In this document: piece by piece, positions 39,415-50,343 of the stretch
How the letters are laid out: each line of letters begins with the position of its first letter
How positions within the stretch are numbered: position 1 is the stretch's first letter
Assembly (NCBI GenBank): GCA_963790475.1
Contig: CAWBOS010000012.1
Span: forward strand, 448,001 to 512,000
Reading direction: 5' to 3'
DNA: 64,000 nt
Source of the DNA: an uncultured delta proteobacterium
GTDB lineage: Bacteria > Desulfobacterota > RBG-13-43-22
Position numbers and translations under genes: made by a program
The notes under the pieces: model-generated
Database searches by the model: none
What the model saw: only the letters and a program-made list of their open reading frames with translations
What the model was told of the DNA's origin: nothing

Positions 39415-40418
39415 CTGGGGTATTCACTTGACTAAGGTTACCCCAACATATAGTAATGGGGCGTGGAATCGTACCCCAAAAGTTTGACTGAATTTGAGTC
39501 TTGGTTTTCTTCGGAACAAGATTGTCGAGACTACCTTTATCGTTTGAGATGGCCGGAAGGCTTTATCTGTCCACGATGTGGGAACCCGGAAGCCTGGCCA
39601 ATTGGTACTATGTTGTTCGAGTGTTCCGGTTGCCACTATCAGTTGTCGGTTGTAGCGGGAACAATTTTTCAAGATACCCACAAGCCGTTGATGGTGTGGT
39701 TTAGGGCGATATGGTGGGTAACTGGACAAAAAAATGGAGCCAGCGCTCTGGGCCTTAAACGCATCCTTGGTCTGGGAAGCTATCGCACGGCCTGGACCTG
39801 GTTGCACAAACTGCGTCGGGCCATGGTCCGTCCTGACCGGGACTGCTTGTCTGGTATTATTGAAGTAGATGAAACCGTTATTGGCGGAGAGAAACCTGGT
39901 AAACGAGGTCGTGGGGCGGCCGGTAAGGTACTCGTAGGTATCGCAGTCGAAGACAAGGGAGATGACGGCGTTGGGCGAATTCGTCTTGGTATTCTTCCGG
40001 ATGCCTCTGCAAACAGTCTCAACGCCTTTATTAAGGAAAGAGTCACGGGAGGAAGTACCATTCGAACCGACGATTGGCTTGGCTACAGCAAATTGGATTC
40101 TGTTGGTTATCGGCACGTCACTATTAAAAATACTGAATTGAAGCTTGCTCACTTGGTAGTATCTCTTCTGAAACGTTGGCTTCTGGGTACCCATCAAGGT
40201 GCAGTCAGTCATGAGCATTTAGCCTACTATTTGGATGAGTATGTTTTTAGATTCAATCGCCGAACTTCGACTCACCGCGGCAAATTATTTATGCGCCTCC
40301 TGGAAAATGCTGTACAAATCGGACCGGTCACCCAATGTCAGATCATTCAGCATGTTAGAGGACGCAAACCCAAAGAACACAACATATAGGGAATACCTTA
40401 GTCAAGTGAATACCCCAG
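39415..40418 (+). mobile_element. IS1595-family insertion sequence, copy 2 (intact)
   Basis: Same 24-bp TIRs; 10-bp direct repeat AAAATAAATT (39405-39414, 40419-40428). Confidence 0.96.
39463..40389 (+). CDS. IS1595 family transposase
   Basis: RWPEGFICPRCG Zn ribbon, EVDETVIGG, GKRGRG, TDDW, YLDEYVFRFNRR. Confidence 0.95.
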   Translation: MESYPKSLTEFESWFSSEQDCRDYLYRLRWPEGFICPRCGNPEAWPIGTMLFECSGCHYQLSVVAGTIFQDTHKPLMVWFRAIWWVTGQKNGASALGLKRILGLGSYRTAWTWLHKLRRAMVRPDRDCLSGIIEVDETVIGGEKPGKRGRGAAGKVLVGIAVEDKGDDGVGRIRLGILPDASANSLNAFIKERVTGGSTIRTDDWLGYSKLDSVGYRHVTIKNTELKLAHLVVSLLKRWLLGTHQGAVSHEHLAYYLDEYVFRFNRRTSTHRGKLFMRLLENAVQIGPVTQCQIIQHVRGRKPKEHNI

Positions 40419-40624
40419 AAAATAAATTTTTGAAAAATCCTGAAAGGAAAAGCAACCATTCCATATATTACTAATAGCCACATTACCGTTACCCCCAAAG
40501 CTATTTCCCCGATCTCGAGTAACGATTGACCAATAATGACCGCACCAGCCGCCGTCAATCTACCATAGTCTCTTACTTTGGAACCAAAAGATGGAGATAT
40601 CATTTTTTCCCTCTCTGCCCCCAC
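40419..40624 (-). pseudogene. small hydrophobic ORF interrupted near its 3' end by IS copy 2
   Basis: TM-like segment; removing the IS and one TSD restores ...RIFQKFILKKKVVLL*. Confidence 0.45.
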
Positions 40625-40640
40625 GCTTTTTCAACACTCA

Positions 40641-41617
40641 TCATTTTCTGCAGACAGCGATGCCGTGGATACGGAAGGGCTCGTAGATTAACTGGATGTT
40701 TTCCGGCGAGAAGCCGCCCAAAACAAGCAGCTCTGCAAATTCCTGTTCATTCCGATAGATCATGGGCCAGAGTAACAACCAATCGAGAAATATTTTTTCC
40801 CGATTTTTATTGATATTACAGGTTAAGAAAATCCCAGGCTGGGGGAGGAAGCTTTTGATCTGGTTAATCAGTTCAATGGCTCTATCCTTGGGACGATAAT
40901 CGAGGAAGCCGACCATCTCGATAATATGAGGTTGGAAATCAGCACAGACTTCTTCGAGACATTTTGTAGTATTACAGACAATCGAAAAATTTTTGTCAAA
41001 ACCACAGGACCTAATCATCCTACCCGCCTCCTCGATAGCAGTAGGATCTGCATCAATAAGTATAGCCTTGATATTCAGATGAGGACATTTTTTCATGGCC
41101 TCAACTACCGCCTGGGCCGATCCGGAGGCGATAGAGACCAGTCTGATTTCGGTCTGTTCGGAAAATTTCAAGAAAGAATCGGAAAGCAGGTTAATGAGAA
41201 CCTTTAATCGATTAGTCACCGCCTGCCGGTTTTCCATTTTTTCTACCCAATGACGAGTCAACCAACCTTCTAAATTTCCATCTAACTGAGGTTTGGTTTT
41301 TTCATGGTAATTGTAGAAAAGGTCCAACGCCCGCCAACCGGCAGCCCCCATTTAGCCTGATGATTATATTGGCTGAAGCGGTCAAAAAAAGAACTTGAAA
41401 TATGATTCGGATCACGGCCCAATTCCCATAATATTTTTTTCAGGGGGCTATTTCTTCTTTGGAATAGCTTTAAGAAAACAGCCTGGGAAGTATTAGTCAT
41501 CATGGCCCATAGGCCTGCAAGCTTCAAAAGGCCAATATAGGCCAGACTTCTCCGATCATGTTCACCCTCGAATTCTTCCGCTTTAAGGATTTTAATTTCT
41601 ACCTCTCGAGCTTGCAT
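40641..41617 (-). pseudogene. class I SAM-dependent methyltransferase-like protein, frameshifted in a G5 run (41345-41349)
   Basis: LVSIASGSAQ, LIDAD, EMVGFLDY; adding one G joins ...NHQAKWG to AAGWRALDLFY. Confidence 0.7.
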
Positions 41618-41815
41618 AATCCGGTTATCCCCCAATTAGTAAAGTTTAACCTATTGATAATTTTAATGTTATTCTCATAGAAGATGGGCAATTCATGGAG
41701 TTTTCTTAAGACTTAGCAACAAGAAATACACTTATTAAATAGCAAATGTCAATTATATTTTACAATTCAATACATAGTAGTAATGACAACATCAGGATTG
41801 TTATACTGCTACGCT

Positions 41816-42178
41816 ATGGAGACAAGAAGGATTAGGACCAGCAAGGATATTGGTGGGATTATCAAAAAGAGGAGAAAGGAGCTTGGAATTTCTCAAGAAA
41901 AATTAGCTGAAGTTTTGGGAGTTACCTACCAACAGGTTCAACGATATGAAAATGGGGCCAATAGGCTCAACGTAGAAAATATCCAATTTATGGCCAAGGC
42001 TTTATCCGTTTCGGTATCCTATTTCTTTGAACCGGACAAAATCTCCACAAACCCTAAAGAAGGGACCCTCGGTTTACCAGCCGAAGATTTAAGCCTGCTG
42101 AAATATTTTCGAAAAATCAAGAACAAGCAAAATAAAAAAATCGTCGTCCGGGTCGCCCAACTCGCTTCCAGGGTTTAA
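41816..42178 (+). CDS. XRE-family HTH transcriptional regulator
   Basis: IKKRRKELGISQEKLAEVLGVTYQQVQRYENGANR. Confidence 0.92.
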   Translation: METRRIRTSKDIGGIIKKRRKELGISQEKLAEVLGVTYQQVQRYENGANRLNVENIQFMAKALSVSVSYFFEPDKISTNPKEGTLGLPAEDLSLLKYFRKIKNKQNKKIVVRVAQLASRV

Positions 42179-42333
42179 TCAATTTTTAAGTTTCAAAGTG
42201 GAGAAACTTAAGAAAAGAATTGACGAGTCATTGAAGGAGGTCAGTAAGAAAGGGATATAAAACCATTTGTCGGATCATCGAGGCTGTTTTGAAATAATTT
42301 CTCCATCATTTCCTTCCCAGTTTAGCCCCGGAA

Positions 42334-43161
42334 TCATTTTTTTTGCAAATCGACCAGAATATTGGACAGGTTTACAAATTGAGCAATGGTCAGGGTTTCA
42401 CCCCGGCTTTGGGGATCCGTCTGATTCAACTCCAGGGCTTTGGTGATCAACGGGGTTGGAAATCTGGAGTCGGCAGTTAAGGCATTTTTGAGTTGCTTGC
42501 GTCGCTGAGCAAAAGAAGAGCGGACAACCCATAGGAACAAGTCCTGGTCTTCAATCTTTGGGTCCAATTCCTGGTGAAAGCTGATTTCGACAAAAGTCGA
42601 AGAAACTTTAGGTCTCGGAAAGAAGGAGCCTGGTTTGAGCTGCATTATCGATCGTATTTGGGCATAATAGCAGATCAGAATGGTGATTACCCCATATTCT
42701 TTTGTTCCCGACCGGGCCAGAAGACGGTCGGCCACCTCCTTTTGGAGCATCACATAGGCGGCCTTGATGATCGGGCGGTTTTCAATGATCTTAAACAGGA
42801 TGGGCGTGGAAATATGGTAGGGAAGATTGCCGACAACAGAGAATGGGCCGCCTAAAATCCTGAACCATTCCTCCCAGTCTGTTTTTAACAGGTCTTCGTG
42901 AAGCACCTCGATATTTTTCCGTCCCGTCTCCCAAACCCTGGCCTGTAATTCCTTCGAAAGTCCGGCATCGATTTCCACGGCCAGAACCCGGGAAACCTTT
43001 TCGGCCAATAGAAAAGTCATGGCCCCTCTCCCGGCCCCTAATTCCACCACCTTATCCAAGGGGGTCAGGGGAAGTCGGTCCACCAGATGCCTGGCCTGGG
43101 TTTCATTTCTTAAAAAATTTTGGCTGAGGGATCTTAAGGCCGGGTATGAGGGTTGGGACAT
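42334..43161 (-). CDS. rsmA: 16S rRNA m6,2A dimethyltransferase
   Basis: LSQNFL, VVELGAGRG, VEID, VGNLPYHISTPI, MLQKEVADR, FAQRRKQLKN. Confidence 0.95.
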   Translation of the reverse strand: MSQPSYPALRSLSQNFLRNETQARHLVDRLPLTPLDKVVELGAGRGAMTFLLAEKVSRVLAVEIDAGLSKELQARVWETGRKNIEVLHEDLLKTDWEEWFRILGGPFSVVGNLPYHISTPILFKIIENRPIIKAAYVMLQKEVADRLLARSGTKEYGVITILICYYAQIRSIMQLKPGSFFPRPKVSSTFVEISFHQELDPKIEDQDLFLWVVRSSFAQRRKQLKNALTADSRFPTPLITKALELNQTDPQSRGETLTIAQFVNLSNILVDLQKK

Positions 43162-43251
43162 GAGATTAGGCCAAAAAACGTTTGGTGTTCGGTGCCTGCG
43201 AGGTGCAGGGGCGTTCAGCGAAATCATTTTTCATGCTTTTATGGATCCTTT

Positions 43252-44169
43252 TTAAGTTTGGATATTCAGCGCCAGCTTGATTTTTCCGTTTACGTCTTCC
43301 TCTATATGAAAACCAAAAGAATAAATTAGATCGGAAACAGGCCGCCCGAATAAAAAAACCTGATTTTCAGGATCTATCCCTTGGGTCTCGGCTAAATGCT
43401 TCCGCAGCTGTTGGTCAAAAAACAGAATATCCAGGGCCTCTCCCTGAGCGGCGGCCATACTCTTTTTTATCCCGCTTAAGGCCTCCTGAAGGTCGGTAAC
43501 CGCGCACCGTTTGGTATGGGATTCGATGATCGGGATCAATGGATCATTCGGATTGAGAAGTTCTTTTCGTGAAAGAAAGGTGTGGGAATTCAATCCCTGA
43601 AAATTATCCGGGTTCCAGCATTCCATGACCCGGCATTGGAGCGGCCGATCTTCATAAATGCAGCAGCCTTTGGTTTCCGAATCAAGGAAAAGGCATTCCC
43701 GACTGCCCGGTTTTTCTTTTATTTTAATTCGTTCCTCGGGAAGCAGGACTAGGTCCTGGGTGGCATTGGAAAACCCGATTTCTCCCGGGCGCAAGGTTAA
43801 TAAATCCAATCTCTTTATGATTCCTTGGCGCAGGATTGTCATATCCTCAACATAAAGGGTAGGACTGCCTTGCCGGCAGCAATCCCCGCAGCGAAGGCAA
43901 TAAGGACGGGAAGCATAAGCGGCCTTCTCCATTTCCCGACACCAGGCCTCCCAACGCCTTTCCCGGTAGGCTTCAGCCCAGGAAGAACAATTATTGATCA
44001 AGTCTTGATAAATCGAATTGGCTTGTATGACCGGCCAAAGTTCTTCCAAGGAGGCGGGGGAATGGATCTCCTTCAACAACCGGTCCAAAGATCGTTTGCT
44101 CTCGGCCTCGACCTTGTCCGAATTTTCTTTTTTTAACTCTAATTCCAAAAGATCCTCTTTTATTTGCAA
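43252..44169 (-). CDS. YkgJ-family cysteine cluster protein (long form)
   Basis: CLRCGDCCRQGSP, CLFLD...CCIYEDRPLQCRVMECW. Confidence 0.82.
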   Translation of the reverse strand: MQIKEDLLELELKKENSDKVEAESKRSLDRLLKEIHSPASLEELWPVIQANSIYQDLINNCSSWAEAYRERRWEAWCREMEKAAYASRPYCLRCGDCCRQGSPTLYVEDMTILRQGIIKRLDLLTLRPGEIGFSNATQDLVLLPEERIKIKEKPGSRECLFLDSETKGCCIYEDRPLQCRVMECWNPDNFQGLNSHTFLSRKELLNPNDPLIPIIESHTKRCAVTDLQEALSGIKKSMAAAQGEALDILFFDQQLRKHLAETQGIDPENQVFLFGRPVSDLIYSFGFHIEEDVNGKIKLALNIQT

Positions 44170-44369
44170 CTGTAACCAGTCTGGTTCTTTTTATAAAAGA
44201 TGTGGGGGGTTATTTCAAGGAGATTTTCCAATTCCTTTTATTTGAAACAAGGGCCCCACCAACGACGAGTTAAATCGGACGATAAAAAATTCATTCTTCC
44301 AAAAGGAAAAAGGGCCTTCTGCGGGAGAAAAACTATTATGGGCGGGTGTTGTCTTTGAAGAAATAGAAT

Positions 44370-46775
44370 TTAATAAAAATATTTCCCGGCTGGTTGTCGA
44401 AAAGGTTCCAGGATTTGGGCGTTTAAGTCCTCCGTTTCCGCAAACAGGGTCTTGGGGGTGGAAAATTCGATCAGGGCATTGTCATCGGTATTTATTACCC
44501 CACTCTGAGTCAAGGTGGATACCTCTGCCGGACCCATGATAAATCGGGACATCAGATTTTCCAGATCCGAAACCCCCACCCGTTTCAAGTCTTGTTCAAC
44601 GAGCCTCCATTGCATCCTTTCTTTTATTCGGGCCAGGGATAAGTCCGGCTTCTTTTTGAAACCTACCATCACCAGATCCTTCTCCTGAGGCATAAAAACA
44701 TAGACATAAGGGAATACCTTGTGGAAGGTGGTCAAAACGGTTTTAAAGCTTTCCGGGGAAATCTTGTAGAGCTGAAGCCACTGGCAAAAGACCCCTTCCG
44801 GTTTCAATTTATCATATCCCAATCTAAAAAATTCCCGGGTGAATACATTGGCTACCCCGGCCATCCAGGGATTGGAGGGTTCGGAGATGATGACGTCATA
44901 CCGGTCGGGGGTGACCAGGAGATAATTCCGGGCATCGGCCACCCGAAGGACCAAGCGGGGGTCTTTGAGAGGTTGGTTGTTGAACTGATCAAAAAAGTGG
45001 GATCCTTCGATCACTGCCTTTTCCAGTTCCACCAGGGTTATTTTTTTAGCCGGAAATGGGGTCACCGAACCCACGGTCACCCCGCTGCCCATACCCACCA
45101 CCAGGACTTCATCCAGTCGCGGGGCCAGAAGCATGGGAATCTGCCCAATCAGGACCTGGGTGGGCATATCCCCCTTCGAGGAGGCCTCCACCTTGCCGTT
45201 GGACTTCATGTAAATAGCCCCGGTGCGCCGGGACTTATGAACGCTGATGGTACAAGTGTGGCCCTCCTTATAGTAGAGCAGTGGTTCATTTTTGGGGTCA
45301 TACATGGTCAACAATTCCCGCCGGGTGGTCTTCTCGAAATTATGGGCATAAATATACACCCCGCTGACCATCAGCGGGGCCTTCCAGGATGGTGGGAATT
45401 GAAGGATAATCACTGTCAATACCAGGACCGCTGGAGCGGTGATCCATTTCAAACCATACCGAGGGACTCCGGAGACTAATAAAATGTACAGGCCCAGCAA
45501 AAGATTCGTTCCTATTCCCAAAAGGATGGTATTGCGGATCCCCAAAAGAGGGATCAGAAAAAAACCGCCGGCAAAGGACCCCAGGATACAGCCAAGGGTG
45601 TTTACAGTATAAATATTTCCCACCTTGCGGCTTATCCGGCTGATGTTGGAGGCGTAAATTTTGATCGTTAAGGGAAAGATGGCCCCCATAAAAAGAGTCG
45701 GGGCCAGCATGATGAAAAAAGCCAGAACGAATTTCCCGGTCAGCAACAGATTGATGGATTTCCCCAAGGAACGATACAGGAGAAGATACCAGTAGGGCAG
45801 CTCCTGGAAGAGGAGCAGGCTGAGGAAGGCAAAAACACCGATGCCGATTTGCAGCCAGGCCCAGGCAAAACCCTGAAAGCGGATCGTGTCCACCTTGCGG
45901 GAAAAAAAATAGGAACCCAGGGCGATCCCAACCAGAAAGGTGGTCAGCATAATCGTAAAACCATAGACGGAAGAATCCACCAGTAGAGAAAGCGTCCGGC
46001 TCCAGGCCACTTCGTAGATCATGGAAATAAATCCCGACAGGGAAATGCCTAGGACCACTGACCAGATGACCCTTTTCGGAAGGGGAGATACCGCGGCGGG
46101 TTTAGGGTTGTCGGGGTCTTCCTTTGAGAAAGATATAGGTCTTGAGAAGGCAGGAGGAATCGGGTAGCGCCGGATAAGCAGGAAGATGCTTATGGCGACC
46201 AAAAGATTGACGGCTACGGCAATCCCCAGGGTTTTTTGGACCCCGAGAAGAGGAAGCAGAAAAAAGCCGCTCAGGGCCGTTCCGATAACCGCTCCGAAAG
46301 TGTTAAGGGCATAGAGTCGGCCGATAGTGACCCCCAAGGTGTTTTCCTGTCGAACAGCCCATTTGCTCAAAATAGGAAGAGTGGCCCCCATACAGGTTGT
46401 CGGGATAACCAGGACGAGGAAAACCAATAAAAACCGCATCATGGTAAATCCCAAAAAGTTGGGATGAAAATGTTCCCAGAGGACCCGATAAATGGGAATC
46501 AAAAAAGTAAAAAGCCAGGGAATCATCAAGGCATAAAGACCGATAACCCCTTCCAGGAGGCCGTAGTAAAATAAGGGACGCTTTTTTCGATCCATGATTC
46601 GGCCGAACAGATAGCTCCCCAGGGCCAGGCCTCCCATAAAAGAGGTGAGTACCGTACTGACGGCCAGGGTGGTTGAGCCAAAGATTAAAATCAGCATCCG
46701 CAACCAGAGGACTTCATAAAGAAGACCGCTGAATCCGGACAAAAAGAAGCATAAGAGCACAATGGGTCGAATCAT
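44370..46775 (-). CDS. fused membrane domain/spermidine synthase-like protein
   Basis: SGFSGLLYEVLWLR, GRLYALNTFGAVIG, many TMs, VLVVGMGSGVT, VELE, DARNYL, YDVIISEPSNPW. Confidence 0.9.
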   Translation of the reverse strand: MIRPIVLLCFFLSGFSGLLYEVLWLRMLILIFGSTTLAVSTVLTSFMGGLALGSYLFGRIMDRKKRPLFYYGLLEGVIGLYALMIPWLFTFLIPIYRVLWEHFHPNFLGFTMMRFLLVFLVLVIPTTCMGATLPILSKWAVRQENTLGVTIGRLYALNTFGAVIGTALSGFFLLPLLGVQKTLGIAVAVNLLVAISIFLLIRRYPIPPAFSRPISFSKEDPDNPKPAAVSPLPKRVIWSVVLGISLSGFISMIYEVAWSRTLSLLVDSSVYGFTIMLTTFLVGIALGSYFFSRKVDTIRFQGFAWAWLQIGIGVFAFLSLLLFQELPYWYLLLYRSLGKSINLLLTGKFVLAFFIMLAPTLFMGAIFPLTIKIYASNISRISRKVGNIYTVNTLGCILGSFAGGFFLIPLLGIRNTILLGIGTNLLLGLYILLVSGVPRYGLKWITAPAVLVLTVIILQFPPSWKAPLMVSGVYIYAHNFEKTTRRELLTMYDPKNEPLLYYKEGHTCTISVHKSRRTGAIYMKSNGKVEASSKGDMPTQVLIGQIPMLLAPRLDEVLVVGMGSGVTVGSVTPFPAKKITLVELEKAVIEGSHFFDQFNNQPLKDPRLVLRVADARNYLLVTPDRYDVIISEPSNPWMAGVANVFTREFFRLGYDKLKPEGVFCQWLQLYKISPESFKTVLTTFHKVFPYVYVFMPQEKDLVMVGFKKKPDLSLARIKERMQWRLVEQDLKRVGVSDLENLMSRFIMGPAEVSTLTQSGVINTDDNALIEFSTPKTLFAETEDLNAQILEPFRQPAGKYFY

Positions 46776-46963
46776 GCCGGAGGTCCCTTTCATAAATAGG
46801 TAAGGCTTTAACAAAAAACAATTAAGAAGGCAAGAAAAACCATAGCCGCCGTTTCGATAGGAAAGGGATTATTGCTGAAAAAAATCAGCCTGATTGATCA
46901 AAGAGGCCTCAGATTGAATCATAATTAGTGTTACCAAGGGGATAGTGGCCGGGTTTAAAAACC

Positions 46964-46979
46964 TTTGACTCAAGTCAAA
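46964..46979. promoter_or_regulatory. CRP/FNR-like palindrome
   Basis: TTTGAC-TCAA-GTCAAA in divergent intergenic region. Confidence 0.4.
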
Positions 46980-47229
46980 AATTTCTTTAACATTGAATAT
47001 ATATTAAGAAAATGACTGGCCTTATCAAGTAGGGATCCAAACCCTTCAAATCTTTTCAACGGGGGTGGCCCATGACCTTTCCCAAAGGAAAACGATTTTG
47101 GTCCTATCTGGGAATAGGGATCATAATCAGTATCGCCGATGGATTGTTTGCCTCCGTGATCTTGATTTCCCCAAGAAGTCATTTAGGACTTCGCCCAAAC
47201 GGCATTGGAAACCCATAGGGATTAAAAAA

Positions 47230-48796
47230 ATGTTGCGTGTTTTTCAAACTGATCTTTCAGATCCGGAATGTTTCGTAGTCTCTCTGGAACTGGTTCCGGG
47301 CCGGGAGTCATTCGGGCGATCCCTAGATATAGTCAAAGGGATTGCAGCCGATGCCTTCGCAGACGGCAGGATTTCGGCCGTCTCGATTACCGATAATCCG
47401 GGAGGTAATCCCTCCCTGAGTCCCGACGTAATAGGGCACGAGGTATTTAGTGTTGGGATGGACGTTATCATCCATTTTGCCTGCCGTGACCTGAACCGGG
47501 CCGGATTGGAAAGCAGGGCACTCCAACTGGCCATGATGGGGATGAAAAACATCCTGGCCTTAACAGGCGACTATACAACCCGGGGATTCGGCGGTCAGGG
47601 AGCCCCTGTTTTTGACTTGGACTCTGTTAGTCTCCTGGCCATGTTGAACCTGCTCAGCGAGAGAATGAATAAATCCGGGGATCCGGACGGTTTTTTCCCG
47701 GGAGCCGTGGTCAGCCCCTTCAAATATACGGAAGGGGAAAGTTTCGCTCAGTATGCCAAGGTGTGCAGAAAGGTTGCCGCCGGAGCTAAGTTCATAATTA
47801 CCCAATTAGGCTATGATGTAAGGAAGTTTATTGAACTGCAAAAGATTCTTTCGGTGGTTGAACATCGATCTTCCGGTTTTGGGTTCGGTCTATCTGCTAA
47901 GTCCCAGGGCGGCACGGGCCATGAACAGGGGAATAGTCCCCGGCGCTGTCGTTCCGGATGAACTTTTGGAAAAAGTTCTGCAGGAGTGGAAAAGCCCCAC
48001 AGAGGGACTGGCCCTGGCCATTGAAAGGACCGCGAGGCTCGGGGCTATCCTGAAAGGCATCGGCTATCGCGGGATCCAGATTGGAGGGATCCATCGCAGC
48101 TTTAAAACCGTGGCCAGAATCCTGGATCGTATAGGGGAGATTGGAGATCATTGGCGGGACTATGTTCAAGAGTTCACCGATACCCGGAAAAATTCCTTTT
48201 ATGCCTTTCCCGAAGGTTTTGAAGAGGACCCGCCGAGATTCGGTCTGGGCCCAAAAGACCTATCTGCAGCCGAGAGGGGTCAGTTCCTGTTCCTGCAAAC
48301 TTCCCATCGGTATTTTTTTGACCGTCAATCACCTCTTACCCGCTGTCTTGAAAAAATCTCCCGTACTCTTGACCGGCACCCAACCGCAAGAATATTTACC
48401 CACTGGTCAGAGTGGATACTCAAAAAACTTTTGTTGGATTGTCAAGATTGCGGGGATTGCGCTATACAACATCTGGCCTATCTTTGTCCGGAGTCAAAGT
48501 GCCCGAAGCACATTAGAAACGGGGCCTGTGGAGGAAGCCGGGACGGAATGTGTGAGGTCTATCCGGACAAGCGATGTGTCTGGGTCGGGGCCTATCAAAG
48601 ATGGTCATCCGTAAACCGTATTGATGAGATGGTTCCCGGGTGCGTGCCTCCCAGGATATGGGAACTCAACCATACTTCTTCCTGGCTCAATTTTCATCTA
48701 AAAAGAGACCACCAGAGCTCATCCAACCGAGTTGCGCAATTCTGTCGAACCAGAAGCTGCTCTTGGCCGAAAGATTTCAAGATTAATAAGCACTAA
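47230..48796 (+). pseudogene. metF: methylenetetrahydrofolate reductase fused to MetV-like Cys-rich C-terminal domain; one-base frameshift at A4 47840-47843
   Basis: SITDNPGG, HFACRDLNR, LALTGDY, GAKFIITQLGYD; CQDCGDC...CPESKCPKHIRNGACGG...CEV...CVW. Removing one A joins the frames. Confidence 0.82.
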
Positions 48797-48886
48797 AGGA
48801 CGAAGTTCCCGACAGGCATTATCCTGTTATCCGGAAAAAAATATTTAGCTGGTTGAGCGACCTGGAGTCTAATTGAAGGAATAAAA

Positions 48887-49660
48887 ATGAAATGGACTGA
48901 AGAAGCACAGGACGCGGTCTCCCGCGTTCCTTTTTTTGTCAGGAAACGGGTGAGGAAGAAAGTGGAGGAAGACGCCGAACGAGCCGGGAGCCGGATTGTG
49001 ACCCTGGACCATGTCCAAAACTCCCAGAAGCGTTTCTTAAACGAGATGGATCGGGAAGTAAAAGGCTTTCAGGTAGAAACCTGCTTCGGACCCTCGGGCT
49101 GTCCCAACCGGGCCGTGGAAGCCGAAGGGATAGTTCAGGAATTGGAGCAGGCACTTCTTAAAAAGGATCTGAAGTCCTTCCTAAGAGAACGTGTGCAGGG
49201 GCCCTTAAAAATACACCATGATTTCCGGGTCTCCCTTTCCTGCTGTCCCAATGCCTGTTCCCGACCACAGATCGTCGATTTCGGGATCATCGGGGCCAGG
49301 TCTCCCAAGATAACCGATGAACCCTGCAGTCAGTGCCGGGCCTGTATAGACGTTTGCAAGGAAGAAGCGATTCGATTAGAGGAAAGCGAAGACAGGCCGG
49401 TTATCGATTTTGATAAATGTCTTTCCTGCGGCCTATGTATTACAGCCTGCCCTTCAGAAACCTTACAAGAAGAATCTCAAGGGTACCGCGTTTTAGTGGG
49501 CGGCAAACTCGGCCGCCATCCTCAATTGGGAAAGGACCTGGGCAAAATTTATTCCAAAGATGAAATGCTCAAGGTGTTGAATCACTATCTGGACCTTTAC
49601 CAGACCCACAATCAAAAAGGGGAACGGTTGGGAGAGATTTTGAGTCGGTTGGAGGGCTAG
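48887..49660 (+). CDS. 4Fe-4S protein with N-terminal PCP-reductase-like domain and sulfite/nitrite-reductase-like domain
   Basis: WTEEAQDAVSRVPFFVRKRVRKKVE; CFGPSGCPN; CCPNACSRPQIVDFG; two CxxCxxCxxxC; VGGKLGRHP. Confidence 0.85.
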   Translation: MKWTEEAQDAVSRVPFFVRKRVRKKVEEDAERAGSRIVTLDHVQNSQKRFLNEMDREVKGFQVETCFGPSGCPNRAVEAEGIVQELEQALLKKDLKSFLRERVQGPLKIHHDFRVSLSCCPNACSRPQIVDFGIIGARSPKITDEPCSQCRACIDVCKEEAIRLEESEDRPVIDFDKCLSCGLCITACPSETLQEESQGYRVLVGGKLGRHPQLGKDLGKIYSKDEMLKVLNHYLDLYQTHNQKGERLGEILSRLEG

Positions 49661-50123
49661 GGATAAGGGGTTAGGACTTCCTTCTAGTAGTCAAAAAAAA
49701 TTTTCTCATTCATCCTAAATTTCTGAAGGTTGAACAGCCTGTTTAGTCATTTTATATCTATTTTGTCAAAGGCCAAACAGGGTAAAAGCATAAAAGAACA
49801 AAGTCTATCTCCTGGCACAACGAAAACCGTTATAGCTGACCCTATTTGATTGACGGATGAAATAGCTAGCCGCAAAACGGGTGGAACTCTGATCGCCCAA
49901 CGTGCGTCGCCCCGCACCTTGAAGATATCTTTGAATGGTCTCCAGGACGGTGGTCTTGCCATTTATAAGTCCGCAAAAGACGGCGCGCTTCCACAAATCA
50001 ATCTAGAGAAATAATCCGAATTTTCGCTGAAAATACAGCCTTCAACGTATTCCCACGCCAATCCCTTAATAGTATTCTTATCATATTCTCATGCCCCATG
50101 GGAGTGCTATGAGACATGAAAAA

Positions 50124-50222
50124 GGATTCAGATAATTCCGGGGGTCAAGGACCGCTGGGCGGAGTGGAAGGCAATGAAATTAAACCATTGAACCCTCGAA
50201 TCCTGGAATCCTCGAACCCTTT
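50124..50222. repeat. octamer repeat block with inverted arms
   Basis: Degenerate GGATTCAG..GGGTCAAG left arm; CATTGAAC CCTCGAAT CCTGGAAT CCTCGAAC right arm. Confidence 0.65.
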
Positions 50223-50343
50223 TTACGTGTTAAGTTATCGCTGTCATTCATAATTGAATTAATAAAACACAGCAACTGGATTCCGGCTCCACAATCAATA
50301 GAAGGTGCAGGAATGCATGGAAAAAGCACGGGAGGATCGAACG

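Noticed and set aside
39251-40719. Duplicated gene 3' end as a DGR template/variable repeat pair
   Set aside because: Differences are silent transitions, not adenine-specific, and no reverse transcriptase is present
47019-47075. CTTATCAAG upstream of metF resembling a SAM-I riboswitch start
   Set aside because: The conserved GAG/kink-turn/GAA core and P1 partner are absent
47072-47218. 48-codon hydrophobic ORF (MTFPKGKRFWSYLGIGIIIS...) upstream of metF
   Set aside because: Short, no recognisable family; could be debris or chance
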